Assembly (NCBI GenBank): GCA_030141605.1
Contig: JAQGDQ010000354.1
Location: 205,165-245,380, forward strand
DNA: 40,216 nt
From: Tubiluchus corallicola
Lineage: Eukaryota; Animalia; Priapulida
Direction of reading: 5' to 3'
Made by a program: the position numbers and the translations under genes. Shown here piece by piece: positions 1-12,099 of the stretch; the first letter of the stretch is position 1, and each line of letters opens with the position of its first letter. The notes beneath the pieces are model-generated. The model was not told the DNA's origin. It was given only the letters and a program-made list of their open reading frames with translations, and ran no database searches.

Positions 1-66
1 CTATAAAAAGTGTACATGTTTACACAAATAATACTGCAGAAGCGGTATTATAAGTATAAGTATAAG

Positions 67-324
67 CGGGATCTATTTCAGTCTAGGCGAGGCCTGGGGA
101 ATTGGGGCGTGTGAGGCCCCATGGGGGGAAGCGCCGGGGGTCGGGCGCTACCATTGTTGGCGCCCAGAAAATTTTTGAACTGCTAGAACGCCGGAGAAGC
201 ATTTTCGAAGAGAAAATATGGAGTTATACAGTTGTTAAAGGAAAGGACAATTGAAAGAAAAACTGCTTTATTCTCAAGACCAGTCCTTAATACTTGTCAA
301 TACTGGCAAACAGCGCGCGTGCGG

Positions 325-407
<83 letters not shown>

Positions 408-454
408 ACAGAGAGAGAGAGAGGGAGAGGGAGAGGGAGAGGGAGAGGGAGAGG

Positions 455-529
<75 letters not shown>

Positions 530-626
530 GTAGGTTCGCATAAAGCAAAAAAATGTTACCTTGGCGTGAGGCCCTCCTAGAGGGTGAGGCCCCGGAGAAG
601 TATCCCCCCCCTTGAAATAGGCCCTG
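67..626 (+). mobile_element. hAT-like MITE family A, copy 1, interrupted by an ~300 bp insert containing (AG)n
   Basis: Shares long blocks with 19382-19623 (e.g. gaactgctagaa...gagttatacagt and gttcgcataaagc...). Right end cttgaaataggccctg at 611-626; left end degenerate (cgggatctatttcag). Confidence 0.8.
327..526. repeat. (AG)n / (GAGAGG)n microsatellite
   Basis: Directly visible; explains the RE/SL ORFs. Confidence 0.99.
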
Positions 627-969
627 GGCGGCCCGAAGTAGTAGCAGGAGCAGCAACATCAACAGCAACAGCAGCAACAAATAGGAGTTTAAGTAAATAT
701 ATTTTGTATTTTCAGCTTGGCGATGGCAGAAATGGGCGTGGCTCTGTCGGTTCTTTCCCGTACGTTTGAATTTGGTCTGGAATCGAACCAGCAAGTGGAA
801 ACTGATTTTGCATTCCTGACTAAACCAAAAGAAGAGATTATGATTACTGTCACAAAAAGAGGCTAGAGTTATTGAAAGCCAAGTATTATGTATGAAATGT
901 TGTTTTTTTTCAACTGAGTTTGTTTCGTTCAATTTTGACGATTTTACAGTTCTGTTACTTGCTTGTGGT

Positions 970-1420
970 GTACAGCGACCAACGTTTGTGGTGTACGAGT
1001 CTCTACTAAACCTAATTTAAGTGTATTAGATGTTTATGTTAGATGTAAAAGAATTCGATAGAATACATATGAGTAGGCTTTGTCTCTCAGCTCAAAATCT
1101 TCGTATAGAAACTTGTAGCTGGTTCAGGATGCCACGTGAATTAAGATTATGTGGTTCCGGCTTAGTGAAAACAGAATATCATTTCGTTTGTGAATGTATT
1201 AATACAGGAAATATGCGACTGAATTAAATTTTAGTTGTTCATCAAGTTTATTTACTTGTAGCAAAGACTGTTAGACGTTCATTTGTTTTGCTGCAAAATT
1301 GATATAGTTTCTGTTTGCTATATGTGTAGGTAGAGTTTGCTGTTGTATAGTTGACTGTATTTGCTTAATGTATTGGACTATAAAATTGTTCCACTCATAA
1401 TTCATTGTTACAGTCATAAA
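970..1420 (+). mobile_element. 5'-truncated LINE 3' end remnant (CR1/L2-group-like)
   Basis: 1030-1227 encodes RLCLSAQNLRIETCSW...RLCGSG...EYHFVCEC, resembling the C-terminal 'LRIETGRW...RLC...EYHF..C' motif of invertebrate non-LTR ORF2 proteins; followed by a UTR-like region and a microsatellite tail. Confidence 0.7.
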
Positions 1421-1421
1421 T

Positions 1422-1461
<40 letters not shown>

Positions 1462-1673
1462 GCTACTGCTACTGCTACTGCTGCTCCTGCTGCTACTGCT
1501 GCTCCTGCTGCTGCTACTACTACTACTACTGCTACTGCTACTACTACTGCTACTGCTACTGCTGCTACTGCTGCTCCTGCTGCTGCTACTACTACTGCTA
1601 CTGCTACTGCTGCTACTACTACTGCTACTACTACAACTACTACTACTATTACTACTACTACTACTACTACTAT

Positions 1674-1739
<66 letters not shown>

Positions 1740-1753
1740 AACAGCAACAACAA

Positions 1754-1784
<31 letters not shown>

Positions 1785-1836
1785 AACTACTACTACTACT
1801 ATTACTGCTGCTACTACTACTACTTCTACTTCTTCT
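1421..1836. repeat. compound trinucleotide microsatellite (CTA/CTG/CAA)n
   Basis: Directly visible; explains the poly-L/Q/S ORFs. Confidence 0.99.
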
Positions 1837-2470
1837 GTTAGACATAAAAATCAATGTATTCTCAGACATTTTATTTTTTCTAAAAATGACCTTACCTCAT
1901 TAGACCCACGAGGTAAATTTTAATTATTACAAAATTAAAGTAAAACTTTCTAAGAAAATTAAAAATCTGGCCATTTTTGCACAGTATCGTCGTGAAACTG
2001 CAGCCACGTTTTCAAAACCTGTTAGCTCATTAGAAAAAGACGAAAATCAGTTTTTTGTGGAAACGTGATTTGCATTTATTCACGCAGTAATTGTTCAATT
2101 ACAACAAGTGTCGTTTTTCGTATAAAAACAAATTAAAATCAGATTTATCGAAATTCCATTCGCTTAAAATACAAAACATCACATTAGAATTTAATTTTCA
2201 TTTTTACAGTTTTGTTAACAAACACCGTACCATGTTAAAATATTTTGTTTCTCGATAAAATCATTCATTAAACCTATACACTATTATAATAGCTAAGGGT
2301 TTTATACAGAAGTATTCGATAATTACTAATGAAATAAATGTTTGATACTTTATTATTTACCTCTACAGTGGCCATTCAGTTAAGTTTAGCAAACCCAAAG
2401 CAACTTTTCTGCAGCGAAACTGTGGTTTTAGCTCATAGAGCAGGTTTTTGTTGGTACAGAATTTCATTAA

Positions 2471-2864
2471 TGCTTTAAATAATACTGCGATCATGATAGT
2501 AAAGTTTCAGCATTTATTGCACAGTGCACTGGTATATGCAGTCATACAGTAACTAAATTGAAAAACATAATACTTTTCAGCAGAGCTCTTCAGTGTCTAA
2601 TTCTGCAATTATGTCAAAATATTCTGTTTTAATTACTGAATCAAATACCAATTTTATTCAGTAACAAACATGGCTACTTTTAGGAAAAATTTTAGTTTTG
2701 TGGTTTTACGTAATATTTTGTTATAATTGCAGAAGTAGACACTGAAGAGCTCTGTTGAAAAGTATTATGTTTTTCAATTTAGTTGCTGTATGACTGCATA
2801 TACCAGTGCACTGTGCAATAATTGCTGAAACTTTACCATCATGGTCTTAATATTATTTAAAGCA
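2471..2864. repeat. long inverted repeat (foldback), ~140-bp arms around an ~110-bp spacer
   Basis: 2471-2612 is the reverse complement of about 2723-2864 with scattered mismatches. Confidence 0.9.
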
Positions 2865-3423
2865 CTATAGACAGAACATCACGACAAAATTTGCAGTACA
2901 AAAACCCTGGCACAATACAAAATCTTCTAGATGTAAAACAAAACAGACAAAAGTATGCAATTTTTTATCTTACGTGGATGTGTTATTTATAATTCATATC
3001 TATTAAAATGAAGTTGCTGGAAGGGTTTTGTATAATTGTGAATGATTTACATATATAAAACGTAATATCTGTTTCATGAACAAAATATTCACTGGGCTAT
3101 GAGTGGGAGTATCACATATATCATGTCAAACTTCTGCTGTCTGAAAAACATTTTTGCGTACAAACTATAAAGTTGCTGCAGGACCCTCTGATTGCAACAA
3201 AATCTGAAATTTCGTGCATCACTAATGGCCGTCGATTGTACAAAAACCAATAATAAATTTCCATATTGTCGTTAAGCGTACCACTAAAATATGCAAGAAT
3301 GCAGTAAACCTATAAGTTATTGTAGTATTAGTACCTATGAACCCTTGTTCATTGTAGAAATGACAGCACGTTTTTGCTACGGTGTAAATATAGGCCTTTC
3401 AATTTAAAAAAAAACAGGCCAAT

Positions 3424-3641
3424 CTAATGATCAGTAAGTGCTTCCAGTTTAGCTGCAATTTCTCTCAGTCTTTCGGCGCTCTTTCTATTCTTTCCCTCGT
3501 CCACGTGGTTATGGGATTTCTTTCCTCCTCGCTTCATTAAACGTTTAATCTTGACGAATCTTGCCTTGGCGGTGGCGTCCCAGTCGTGGGTCTTCATGTA
3601 ATCCTTGATCTTTTTTATGCTGTTTGTCACAGTCTTTTTTC
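3424..3641 (-). CDS. uncharacterised secreted Lys/His-rich protein, last coding exon (4)
   Basis: Acceptor ttttgcttgtag, phase 1 matching exon 3; reads (G)KKTVTNSIKKIKDYMKTHDWDATAKARFVKIKRLMKRGG...KLEALTDH then TAG. Confidence 0.8.
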
Positions 3642-3660
3642 CTACAAGCAAAAATTTCAC

Positions 3661-4152
3661 AATTTTGATGTGAATAGGTCTAAAGGAAGACTGCAGTTAA
3701 TAATTTTGATGTGAATAGGTCTAAAGGAAGACTGCAGTTAATAATTTTAATGTGAATAGGCCTAAAGGAAGACTACAGTTAATAATTTTAATGTGAATAG
3801 GCCTAAAGGAAGACTACAGTTAATAATTTAGATGTGAATAGGCCTAAAGGAAGACTACAGTTAATAATTTTAATGTGAATAGGCCTAAAGGAGGACTACA
3901 GTTAATAATTTAGATGTGAATAGGTCTAAAGGAGGGCTGCAGTTAATAATTTAGATGTGAATAGGTCTAAAGGAGGACTGCAGTTAATAATTTCGATGTG
4001 AATAGGCCTAAAGGAAGACTGCAGTTAATAATTTAGATGTGAATAGGTCTAAAGGAGGACTGCAGTTAATAATTTAGATGTGAATAGGTCTAAAGGAGGA
4101 CTGCAGTTAATAATTTAGATGTGAATAGGCCTAAAGGAGGACTGCAGTTAAT
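3661..4152. repeat. 41-bp minisatellite, ~12 copies
   Basis: Unit aataatttagatgtgaataggcctaaaggaggactgcagtt. Confidence 0.98.
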
Positions 4153-4547
4153 GACAAGTTGACAAAAATGTTAACAGAAGCCACTCAGTAATGTTCAAAA
4201 TGCTGGAACTACGTTACAGCGCGTTATCAGTCAGTTTTCTCGTTAAGTTACCTCTCAAGTAACTTGCAAGCGTGTTCACACAAGAGAGCAAAACCTGCTG
4301 CGAGTTACTCACTGACAGTAAGCGTGAGCTGACACTCACTTCTCCATTTGCTGCGAGAAGTGTTGAGAGTAACTCACCGAGGCGTTGACATTAGACAGTA
4401 ACGTGCAAGAAATCAACTCGGTGAAACTGTCGTAGGAAAGATCGCAAAAACTTGCCAACAGTAACTCGCAAAGCAGTTCACACTTGCGATCAGAGAGAAC
4501 AGAGAACTTCCGACAGAGAACTAGTAGATTTTAGAATAATATCATAC

Positions 4548-4686
4548 CTTTGTGAACAGCGTGCTTCATTTCACTGGCAATATGATCGCGCTGAGTGGAA
4601 TCTGGGACAATTTTTGCCAATTTCTTCTTCAGTTTCTTCATCGTCAACTTCTTTTTCTTGTAGCCTATTTTATGCGGTTTTGGTCC
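4548..4686 (-). CDS. uncharacterised secreted Lys/His-rich protein, coding exon 3
   Basis: atttgcag acceptor, AAG|gtatga donor, 139 nt open, phase 0 to 1: GPKPHKIGYKKKKLTMKKLKKKLAKIVPDSTQRDHIASEMKHAVHKG. Absent from the ORF track but joins both neighbours in frame. Confidence 0.8.
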
Positions 4687-4926
4687 CTGCAAATATCAAA
4701 GTTTAATGTTATTAATTTGCATGTGTCGATAACAGCTTAGAAGCTAGTATATAAGCAATAATGTATGACATCAGATCTTGCAGTAAACTTGAGGCTGTAC
4801 TTTTTACTTTAAATATTAAAGTATCCATACATACAATAAAATTTAAATGCATAAAATAATATAAAATGAACAATAATTAATAGGACAGGTTAACGTGGGT
4901 ACGGGAGAGACAAATTACCGTGTAAA

Positions 4927-5301
4927 ATTTTTACGAATGTTCCTAGAATTTTTAGGGATCATTGTCACAAACTTTGTCAATTGATCTGTATCGTCTGTAG
5001 CTCAACATTCGTTTGCCAGCAGAGTTGTCAAGTTCTGGGATTCTCTTCCTGGAGTAAAATTACCTCCTACACGTGTCTGCAGAAATACAGATGCTTTGAA
5101 AAGTCAATTTTCATTAATCTTTGACTATATAATTTACTGGAGGTGACATTTACCAGTGGAGACCCATTTACATGTTCAGGAATAGAATCCCAGAACTTGA
5201 CAACTCTGCTGGCAAATGAATGTTGAGCTACAGACGATACAGATCAATTGACAAAGTTTGCGACAATGATCCCTAGAAATTCTAGGAGCATTCGTAAAAA
5301 A
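4927..5301. mobile_element. MITE-like foldback with ~118-bp inverted arms
   Basis: 4927-5044 is the reverse complement of about 5184-5301 (tttttacgaatg...ctgggattct / agaatcccag...cattcgtaaaaa). Confidence 0.8.
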
Positions 5302-5577
5302 TAACTCATTTTAACTAAGTCATTTTCCTTATTAATAATATTGCTGCACATTTTTAGATCATAGTGAATTCTTCTCTCTTCTTATGACAACATATTCAAA
5401 GCTAAAAATCTATTAAGCCAGTTAATACTCAAATGGTTTCAACACCACACACGTACGCACACACGTACGCACGCACGCACGCACGCACGCACGCACAAAC
5501 ACAAACAAACAAGCAAACATAACAACTGCAAATCATACTATATCATCAAGTGACACACCAGCAAAGATTCAGATTTT

Positions 5578-6192
5578 GGTTCCTACTCACTCTCTACAAA
5601 CTCTGCCGGCGGGGACCCAGTCCCTACTCACTATCTTCAAACTCTCCTGGCGGGGACCCAGTCCCTACTCACTATCTTCAAACTCTCCTGGCGGAGACCC
5701 GGTCCCTACTCACTATCTTCAAACTCTCCCAGCAGGGACCCAGTCCCTACTCACTATCTTCAAACTCTCCCAGCGGGGACCCAATCCCTATTCACTATCT
5801 TCAAACTCTCCCGGCGGGGACCCAGTCCCTACTCACTATCTACAAACTCTCCCGGCGGGGACCCAGTCCCTACTCACTATCTACAAACTCTCCCGGCGGG
5901 GACCCAGTCCCTACTCACTATCTTCAAACTCTCCCAGCAGGGACTCAGTCCCTACTCACTATCTTCAAACTCTCCCAGCAGGGACCCAGTCCCTACTCAC
6001 TATCTTCAAACTATCCTGGCGGGGACCCGATCCCTACTCACTATCTTCAAACTCTCCCGACGGGGACCCGGTCCCTACACACTATCTACAAACTCTCCCG
6101 GCGGGGACCCGGTCCCTACACACTATCTACAAACTCTCCCGACGGGGACCCGGTCCCTACACACTATCTTCAAACTCTCCCGACGGGGACCC
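5578..6192. repeat. 40-bp GC-rich minisatellite, ~15 copies
   Basis: Unit cctactcactatcttcaaactctcccggcggggacccagt; explains ORFs 5550-6211. Confidence 0.98.
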
Positions 6193-6299
6193 AATAACTG
6201 CCCAACCTTAGATGTTAAAGTAATAACTACAGACATAACACATAATACAAAGCACAGACAGAACATCAACGTAAAGCAACTACAACAATGATAAAAAAA

Positions 6300-6560
6300 G
6301 AGAAGGCACTCCTACAACATGACCACAAAGAGACCAAAGGCTGGACAAGTTTCTCATCACCAAAATCACATCAGGGCAAAAGCCACAGCAGTAAAACCAG
6401 ACCTAGCGTAGCAATCTTCAAGTGAAACACCTTTGCACATTTTCAATAATGCTGATAACTCTCACTAGATGGGGACACCGCACTAGCGAACATTATTCCC
6501 CAATAGAGCAAACATAAGAATTTTAAAGCAAAATTTACCGGCACACAAATACAAGAGTAA
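6300..6560 (-). mobile_element. degenerate CR1-like LINE fragment
   Basis: Minus strand 6447-6421 reads IENVQRCFT, similar to the 'IE.VQRRFT' motif downstream of CR1/L2 RT; the flanks are frameshifted and boundaries are approximate. Confidence 0.45.
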
Positions 6561-6597
6561 CCGGTTGGTTGTGTTTAAGAAAAATCAACTAATTAAC

Positions 6598-6816
6598 CTT
6601 TTTCGGCACATCATTAGTTTCCCCAGGAAAGATGGGCCTTTCCCCTTGATGTCCCAGCAAATGCGGTGGGTCATTCTCCGGAAAAATGGGTCTCTCTTTT
6701 TGACCCTCTTGTTCAGTTGTACCAGCCTGAGCTACTTCATTGCGCTTGTGTTTGTGTTCCCTGTTGTGGTGCTTACGTGGAACGCCATCTAGGTGTTGCA
6801 AACTGTCAGATTCTTC
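6598..6816 (-). CDS. uncharacterised secreted Lys/His-rich protein, coding exon 2
   Basis: Long polypyrimidine tract ending ttttgacag, donor AAG|gttaat, 219 nt phase 0-0: EESDSLQHLDGVPRKHHNREHKHKRNEVAQAG...ERPIFP...ERPIFPGETNDVPKK. Confidence 0.8.
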
Positions 6817-7117
6817 CTGTCAAAAACACAAAAAAAAATCAACAAAAAAAGTTCAAGAAAAGACAGAAAGAACAAAAGACGCACCGTCCAAAGTTAAGAA
6901 ACGCTAAACCTGTTAGTAAATTGGCAGGAAACTAGGGAGAAATTTGTTTTTTGAGTAGTTTTATGTTGACAGATAGCTTCTGGTTATTTATCTTGTTGAG
7001 GAAATGTTGATTAAGACACCTTTGCCAGTTTGCACGTGCATCTTATACTCTTTAAAGCACAAGAAAACAGTTTTCATAGATAAAGTTATTGCATACAGAG
7101 CCTGAGTTAATAATAAT

Positions 7118-7990
7118 CAGGGGCGTATTAACCAATAGGCTATAGCCTAGGGCACCAAAGTATGAGGGGCGCCACATTTTAGGCGCTCAATTTTAAAAAA
7201 ATTCTTATTTTCCCTAAAAATGTGTATACGTCAGGGGTGTGAAAATTGCGGCCCGGGAAGAGATTTGTCAACCTAATGAAAGTGCGGCCCGGGCGATTAA
7301 TTGAGTGTATCCAGCTGAAGTCCGTGTCACGATCCCAAAGATAGTGTGGTTAGTTTTTTCTACTAGATCGGATGCCATTAACCCTTACAAGATGGTTGTA
7401 GCTTAATGTCACTGTAGTACACAGACTGTGTGATACACATTACTGATATGCATTGTAATGAAATTACCACTATCTGTCCTGAAAGTAGAATTATATGGTT
7501 TGTAATATAAATTTCAATAACTTCCAAAATAGTTTCTTGAGTGTAGTAGTAATGATGTACGCGGGTCGGATGCAAAAAAAATCGTTATTAGGCCTTTCTG
7601 TAGTTGGCACCTTGATCAAACTGCACGTGGCCCGCAGGAATTGCGGGAAAGTTTAATGTGGCCCTTCTAGTCAGATAATTTGCACACCCCTGGTATACGT
7701 TCATATTCATGTAAAGCGGGTATTGTATAACACACCACAGGCAGTTACTGAGACCAGCTGCTATATAAATGCCATATAACGAATTACACAACAAACAGTT
7801 ATACAGCCTGCTTGTATATAAGTACAGCTCGTATGCACGCAATTAACAATGGCAATGTAGAAACTAGGTTACTAGTATTACTAATACACCACAAGTAATT
7901 GTTTAATCTGTTCAGTACATAAATTCACAATACAGAGGGACGGTACAGATTTATCAACTTAGGGTGTCGTGAAATCTTGATACGCCCCGG
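7118..7990. mobile_element. hAT-like non-autonomous element (host of a nested insertion)
   Basis: Ends caggggcgtat / atacgccccgg; 8-bp flanks ataataat / atagtaac (6 of 8). Confidence 0.65.
7232..7692 (-). mobile_element. hAT (Charlie-like) MITE family C, copy 1
   Basis: TIR caggggtgtg / cacacccctg, perfect 8-bp TSD GTATACGT (7224-7231, 7693-7700); inverted homologue at 39173-39665. Confidence 0.9.
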
Positions 7991-8689
7991 ATAGTAACAC
8001 TGCATGAAATTTGTAAATTTAAACTTCGCAATGACAGTTAAGTTCAGTTATTTTGACGGCAGCTCGTTTGAAACAAATTTCGAAACCATTGCGTTAACTT
8101 TGAAAAAATAATCAGAGCATTCGTAGCACTTATTTCGTTAACTAAGCAAAAGTTTAAATTATTTTAATTGTCAGTAAGATTAATAACGTGTTTCTTGGCA
8201 AAAGAAACTGTGCACACCGGCAATCATGTATCCCTTCGCTGAACAGCTTTGATACTGCTTAACTTCGATTTTCATGCAAACGCGTTGTTTCCATGACTAC
8301 TCGGCTATTCACTTAGTTTTTCTGTTGAGTCTGCACACTTCGCCGAAAAGTGTTGAAAAGACATTATAGGTGGTGACTAAATAAATAAGTAAATAAATAA
8401 TAAATAAATAATATTACGCGCATTTCAATGTGCGGATAAATAATGCTGCTACATGTTTATACCAGGTGGCGCAAAAAAGTGTTCAGAAGTTTTAGTTACG
8501 ATATTGAAAGAAGCAAATAGCTGAATCACTTGGAAAGTACCTCATTGGTGTACAGACGATTATGTTTAAAACCGGAAATTTTAGGTCATTCCCTTAGACT
8601 TTACAAAATAAACAGAAATTTTAAATGAAAAAGTCAATAAATAAATAAATAAATAAATAAATGCGGGAAAAATTTCGTACGTGCTGTTT

Positions 8690-9062
8690 GAACATAGGTA
8701 AAAGTGACACAGGAAGAAATAGCACAGATGGAAAAGTAGGTAAAAATGACACAGGAAAATGGCACAATATACCCCCTTTCTAAACAAAGTTTCTTGGAAA
8801 TCTGTTAAATAATTTTTGGCGTAATAGGTTTATTGCCTAACAGACAAAAAACAGGCAAACAAACAAACTGTGTTGAAGCAGAACTTTTTTGGCAGTGGTA
8901 AAAATAACTAAAATAACTATCCTCCACTGTAACTATAACCCTAAGCACATATATTATTAAGTGTGCCATTTTTACCTACTTTTCTATTCGTTCCATTTTT
9001 TCTGTGCCATTTTACCTACCTTTCTATTTGTGCCATTTTTTCCTGTGCCATTTTTACCGTAG
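8690..9062. repeat. inverted arrays of aaaatggcacag-like subrepeats (MITE/satellite-like)
   Basis: ggtaaaaatgacacaggaaaatggcaca at 8696-8767 versus repeated tgtgccatttttacc at 8962-9058. Confidence 0.6.
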
Positions 9063-9330
9063 CATTTTTAACACGCACAGTGCTCTTTCTATGTGTCCGT
9101 CTTCATGTTGGAATTCTGGCTTATATACTTGTGAATGAATGAATATGTAGGAATTTATTTACTGTTTTGCTGCCGTGTACTGAGTGATTTATACCTATAG
9201 AGCACTTGCTTCTAATATTATTGTAGATCAAACTACGGTATATTTTTCTACGCTACGTCTGGCAACTGTTGTTTTCAGCCACTGGGCATGGTATCTTATA
9301 TCTTAAATCTCTTGAAATCAGCTGCTGTGT

Positions 9331-9640
9331 AATTGACCTTTGACCCTGAAACACGTTTTCAATGTTGCAATTGACCTTTGACCTTGAAACACTTATCAAT
9401 GTTGCAATTGACCTTTGACATTGAAACACTGATCAATGTTGCGGCTGACTTTTGACCTTGAAATACACATCAATGTTGCAATTGACCTTTGACCTTGAAA
9501 CACTTATCAATGTTGTGGTTGACTTTTGACCTTGAAATACACATCAATGTTGCAATTGACCTTTGACTTTGAAACACTTATCAATGTTGCAATTGACTTT
9601 TGACCTTAAAACACTAATTAAATGCTGTAATTAATCGCTG
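9331..9640. repeat. 37-bp minisatellite, ~8 copies, each with a TGACCTTTGACCT-like core
   Basis: Unit aatgttgcaattgacctttgaccttgaaacacttatc. Confidence 0.95.
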
Positions 9641-9814
9641 ACCTAGAAACACCTACTCATCGTTGCCATTTTTCAATGTCAATGGCGAGTCCATTAAAAT
9701 CTGTTCGCACTAGAATACGCTCTAAGTTACCAAAAGTAAAAATAATTGGTTGTATTGATTGTGTGAAGCTGATTATTGGTATTTTAGGGATGGCAAAACT
9801 ATGAAGAGTCAGAT

Positions 9815-9998
9815 TATAAAACTACACGTTTATTAAACATCAAACACAATAAATATAACAGATAGTAATGCCAAGCCCCTGATCTAGCTTGCTCCGCTCC
9901 GGCTCCCAGACTCAATCTCCTGAGCTGGGCATCACAAGGCTTATATATCGTGCGCGGAGCTTCGACACCTCGATTCTGAATCACTTGCTCACGTGACA
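9815..9998 (-). mobile_element. possible solo LTR fragment
   Basis: Minus strand begins TGTCACG, then TATATAAG, a GC-rich segment, then AATAAA, which is the U3-R-U5 order; no clear CA end or TSD found. Confidence 0.35.
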
Positions 9999-10653
9999 CC
10001 ACTCTTTAATTGGCTTCATGCCAGCATTCATCAACCCAATTATCTATCATAATCTAATGCTTTTAACATAGTTTAACAGGTCCTCTTTACTTCAAAGTTT
10101 GGTCACCCACTCCTTACAGTTTTAAGTTTGCAAGCTTCTTTCAAATGCATTAGAACGTGGGTCATAAACCATACAATTTTGTCTCACAATAGACAAGAGC
10201 AGGCTAAACCAAAATTTGGCTGGGATTGTCAACAATGAACTGCTGAGGAATTACAGTAGGTTTATTGTTACAAGTACTATAGTTTATTAGTGTGTAACAT
10301 ATGTAATGGCCTAGCTAATATGGGAGCAAGCACATTTTTCAAAATTGGTGCATTTTCAACAATTTTTAAACTCTTTAGCCCACTTATGCAATAAAAGTCG
10401 AATCTTTTTTATCTTTTTGTTGTGTTTTGTTTCTCCCGGAAGGCTCGTAGAGAAAACCAGAAAACACTTCGTCAAATAAAACTAGTTTATTACGCGAGAA
10501 TTCTACAACACAAAAGTATGAAGAACGCGAAATTTTTACACTAAACGTGAAAATCTGGAAACGTTTGAGTGTATCTGAAAATGCAAGTATACAAGAGAAT
10601 GTGTAAGTGGCGTCCGTGTGAATCTGTGTGTGTGTCTCAGCGGCCTGCTTCAC

Positions 10654-10748
10654 CTTATATAGAGTGCCCGAGAAGCTTCTAGAAGTTTTGTTCCAGAACA
10701 TTCTACAAGGTAAGACGATTATTCTAATGGAACATTCTACAATGTTCT
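10654..10748 (-). promoter_or_regulatory. heat-shock-type promoter: three HSE clusters plus TATA box
   Basis: Alternating nGAAn units: aGAAgcTTCtaGAAg (10671-10685), gTTCcaGAAcaTTCtaCAAg (10690-10709), gGAAcaTTCtaCAAtgTTCt (10729-10748); TATATAAG on the minus strand at 10661-10654. Confidence 0.75.
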
Positions 10749-11249
10749 ATTTAATGCTAATAGATGCCAGCGATCTCCACAACACTTTTGATCGCCATGG
10801 CCTTGGCAAAATTTTCTAGAGTCATTTCTTTTCTTGATCAACTGACTTCCCGTGTTTTTGAAATGAAACTCATTTATTAACGTTGACTGATTGAACCAAG
10901 GATCAAGTTGCCCCAAATCTAATTATTATAATATATTCTTGTCACAGATTGTCTAGACACAATAAGTCTACCGGATTATAATAAAGTTACTGATTACTTT
11001 ACTAAAATGAAGGCTAGACTTCATCATACATTATCACAATGCCTCATTTTGTTTCTCATTTTACATTTAAAATAAAAATAATTAAATAACGCGCGTTTTT
11101 ACGATATTTTGAGCTTACTGTAAAACTTTTTGTTGCGTTTTTAATAACAATTATTTACTTCATTTAAACTGTATCTTTTTTTGGTTTTTGATTTTAAACA
11201 TAATATTAAAATGTATAATTAATGCGTTAAAAATCGTTTGGTGTGCGTT

Positions 11250-11620
11250 ACGGTGCCTTTTTATGTGCTTGTTCCCCCCAAGTATGGCTATGCCCTGGAT
11301 ATCTGGCTATGCCCTTGAAACGTAATTATGTAATTCCATTGTTAGAAATTATTGTCGCTTTGTATTGCGCCTGTATTCTCTCCTTACCTAGAGATAGCCA
11401 TTCCAATATGACTCTATATACAGCTGAAACAGTACGGTTTGAAAAATTGATTGCGAAGTGCTCTGTTAAACTTATTAACTCTGTGAATGATTCAGATAGC
11501 TGTGTACTTAAAGCTTTAACAATATTGAAGAAATACTAAAGCTCGCCGATACTTGGTAAAAACAGATTATTCATGTCTACTGCAGCATTTAAAAGAATGG
11601 GATATTATAAAGATTTGGAT
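11250..11620 (+). mobile_element. decayed LINE ORF2 C-terminal remnant
   Basis: QVW...IIVALYCACILSLPRDSHSNM...FEKLIAKC..KLINSV resembles the post-RT C-terminus of invertebrate non-LTR elements and the fragment at 12283. Confidence 0.45.
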
Positions 11621-12099
11621 AAATTAAACAGGAACTTTACCGGTTTTATCATTCCAAGGAAAATGTAATAGCTGATTTTACAACGGATGAAACTGACGAA
11701 ATATGAAGTATATACTATATGAAGTATATAGTATATAATTCATATTTAGGTACGTTTTATTAGGATTATTCCTAAAAAATATTATTCCTACATAATTTAC
11801 GAAAATTATTCAATTTTAGGGAATTGTTTTTATAAATTTCATTTTTGTGCATCTTTTGTTTTATAGGATCAGCGTAAGTGCGCATGCGTCTGATGATTCT
11901 TCCTTTTATACAATTTTAATATATGTATAAATGTCAAACAAACTAAAACGTTACTAACTCTGTTAACTGAAAAAATTGTATATATGAATTCGTAATGTGT
12001 GTTTGTAAGTAGTTGTGTGTTTTGTTTTGTTATTAACCTAGACTGCATATTGCAAGATATGGGAATAAATTAAATAATAAATAGTATAGTAGGTATACA

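Noticed and set aside
232-1903. RE-, SL-, poly-L and poly-S ORFs
   Set aside because: Translations of microsatellites; no splice or domain support.
8287-8300. RFX X-box-like GTTTCCATGACTAC
   Set aside because: Imperfect and 13 kb from the ciliary gene NEK8; no convincing X-box found in the NEK8 promoter.
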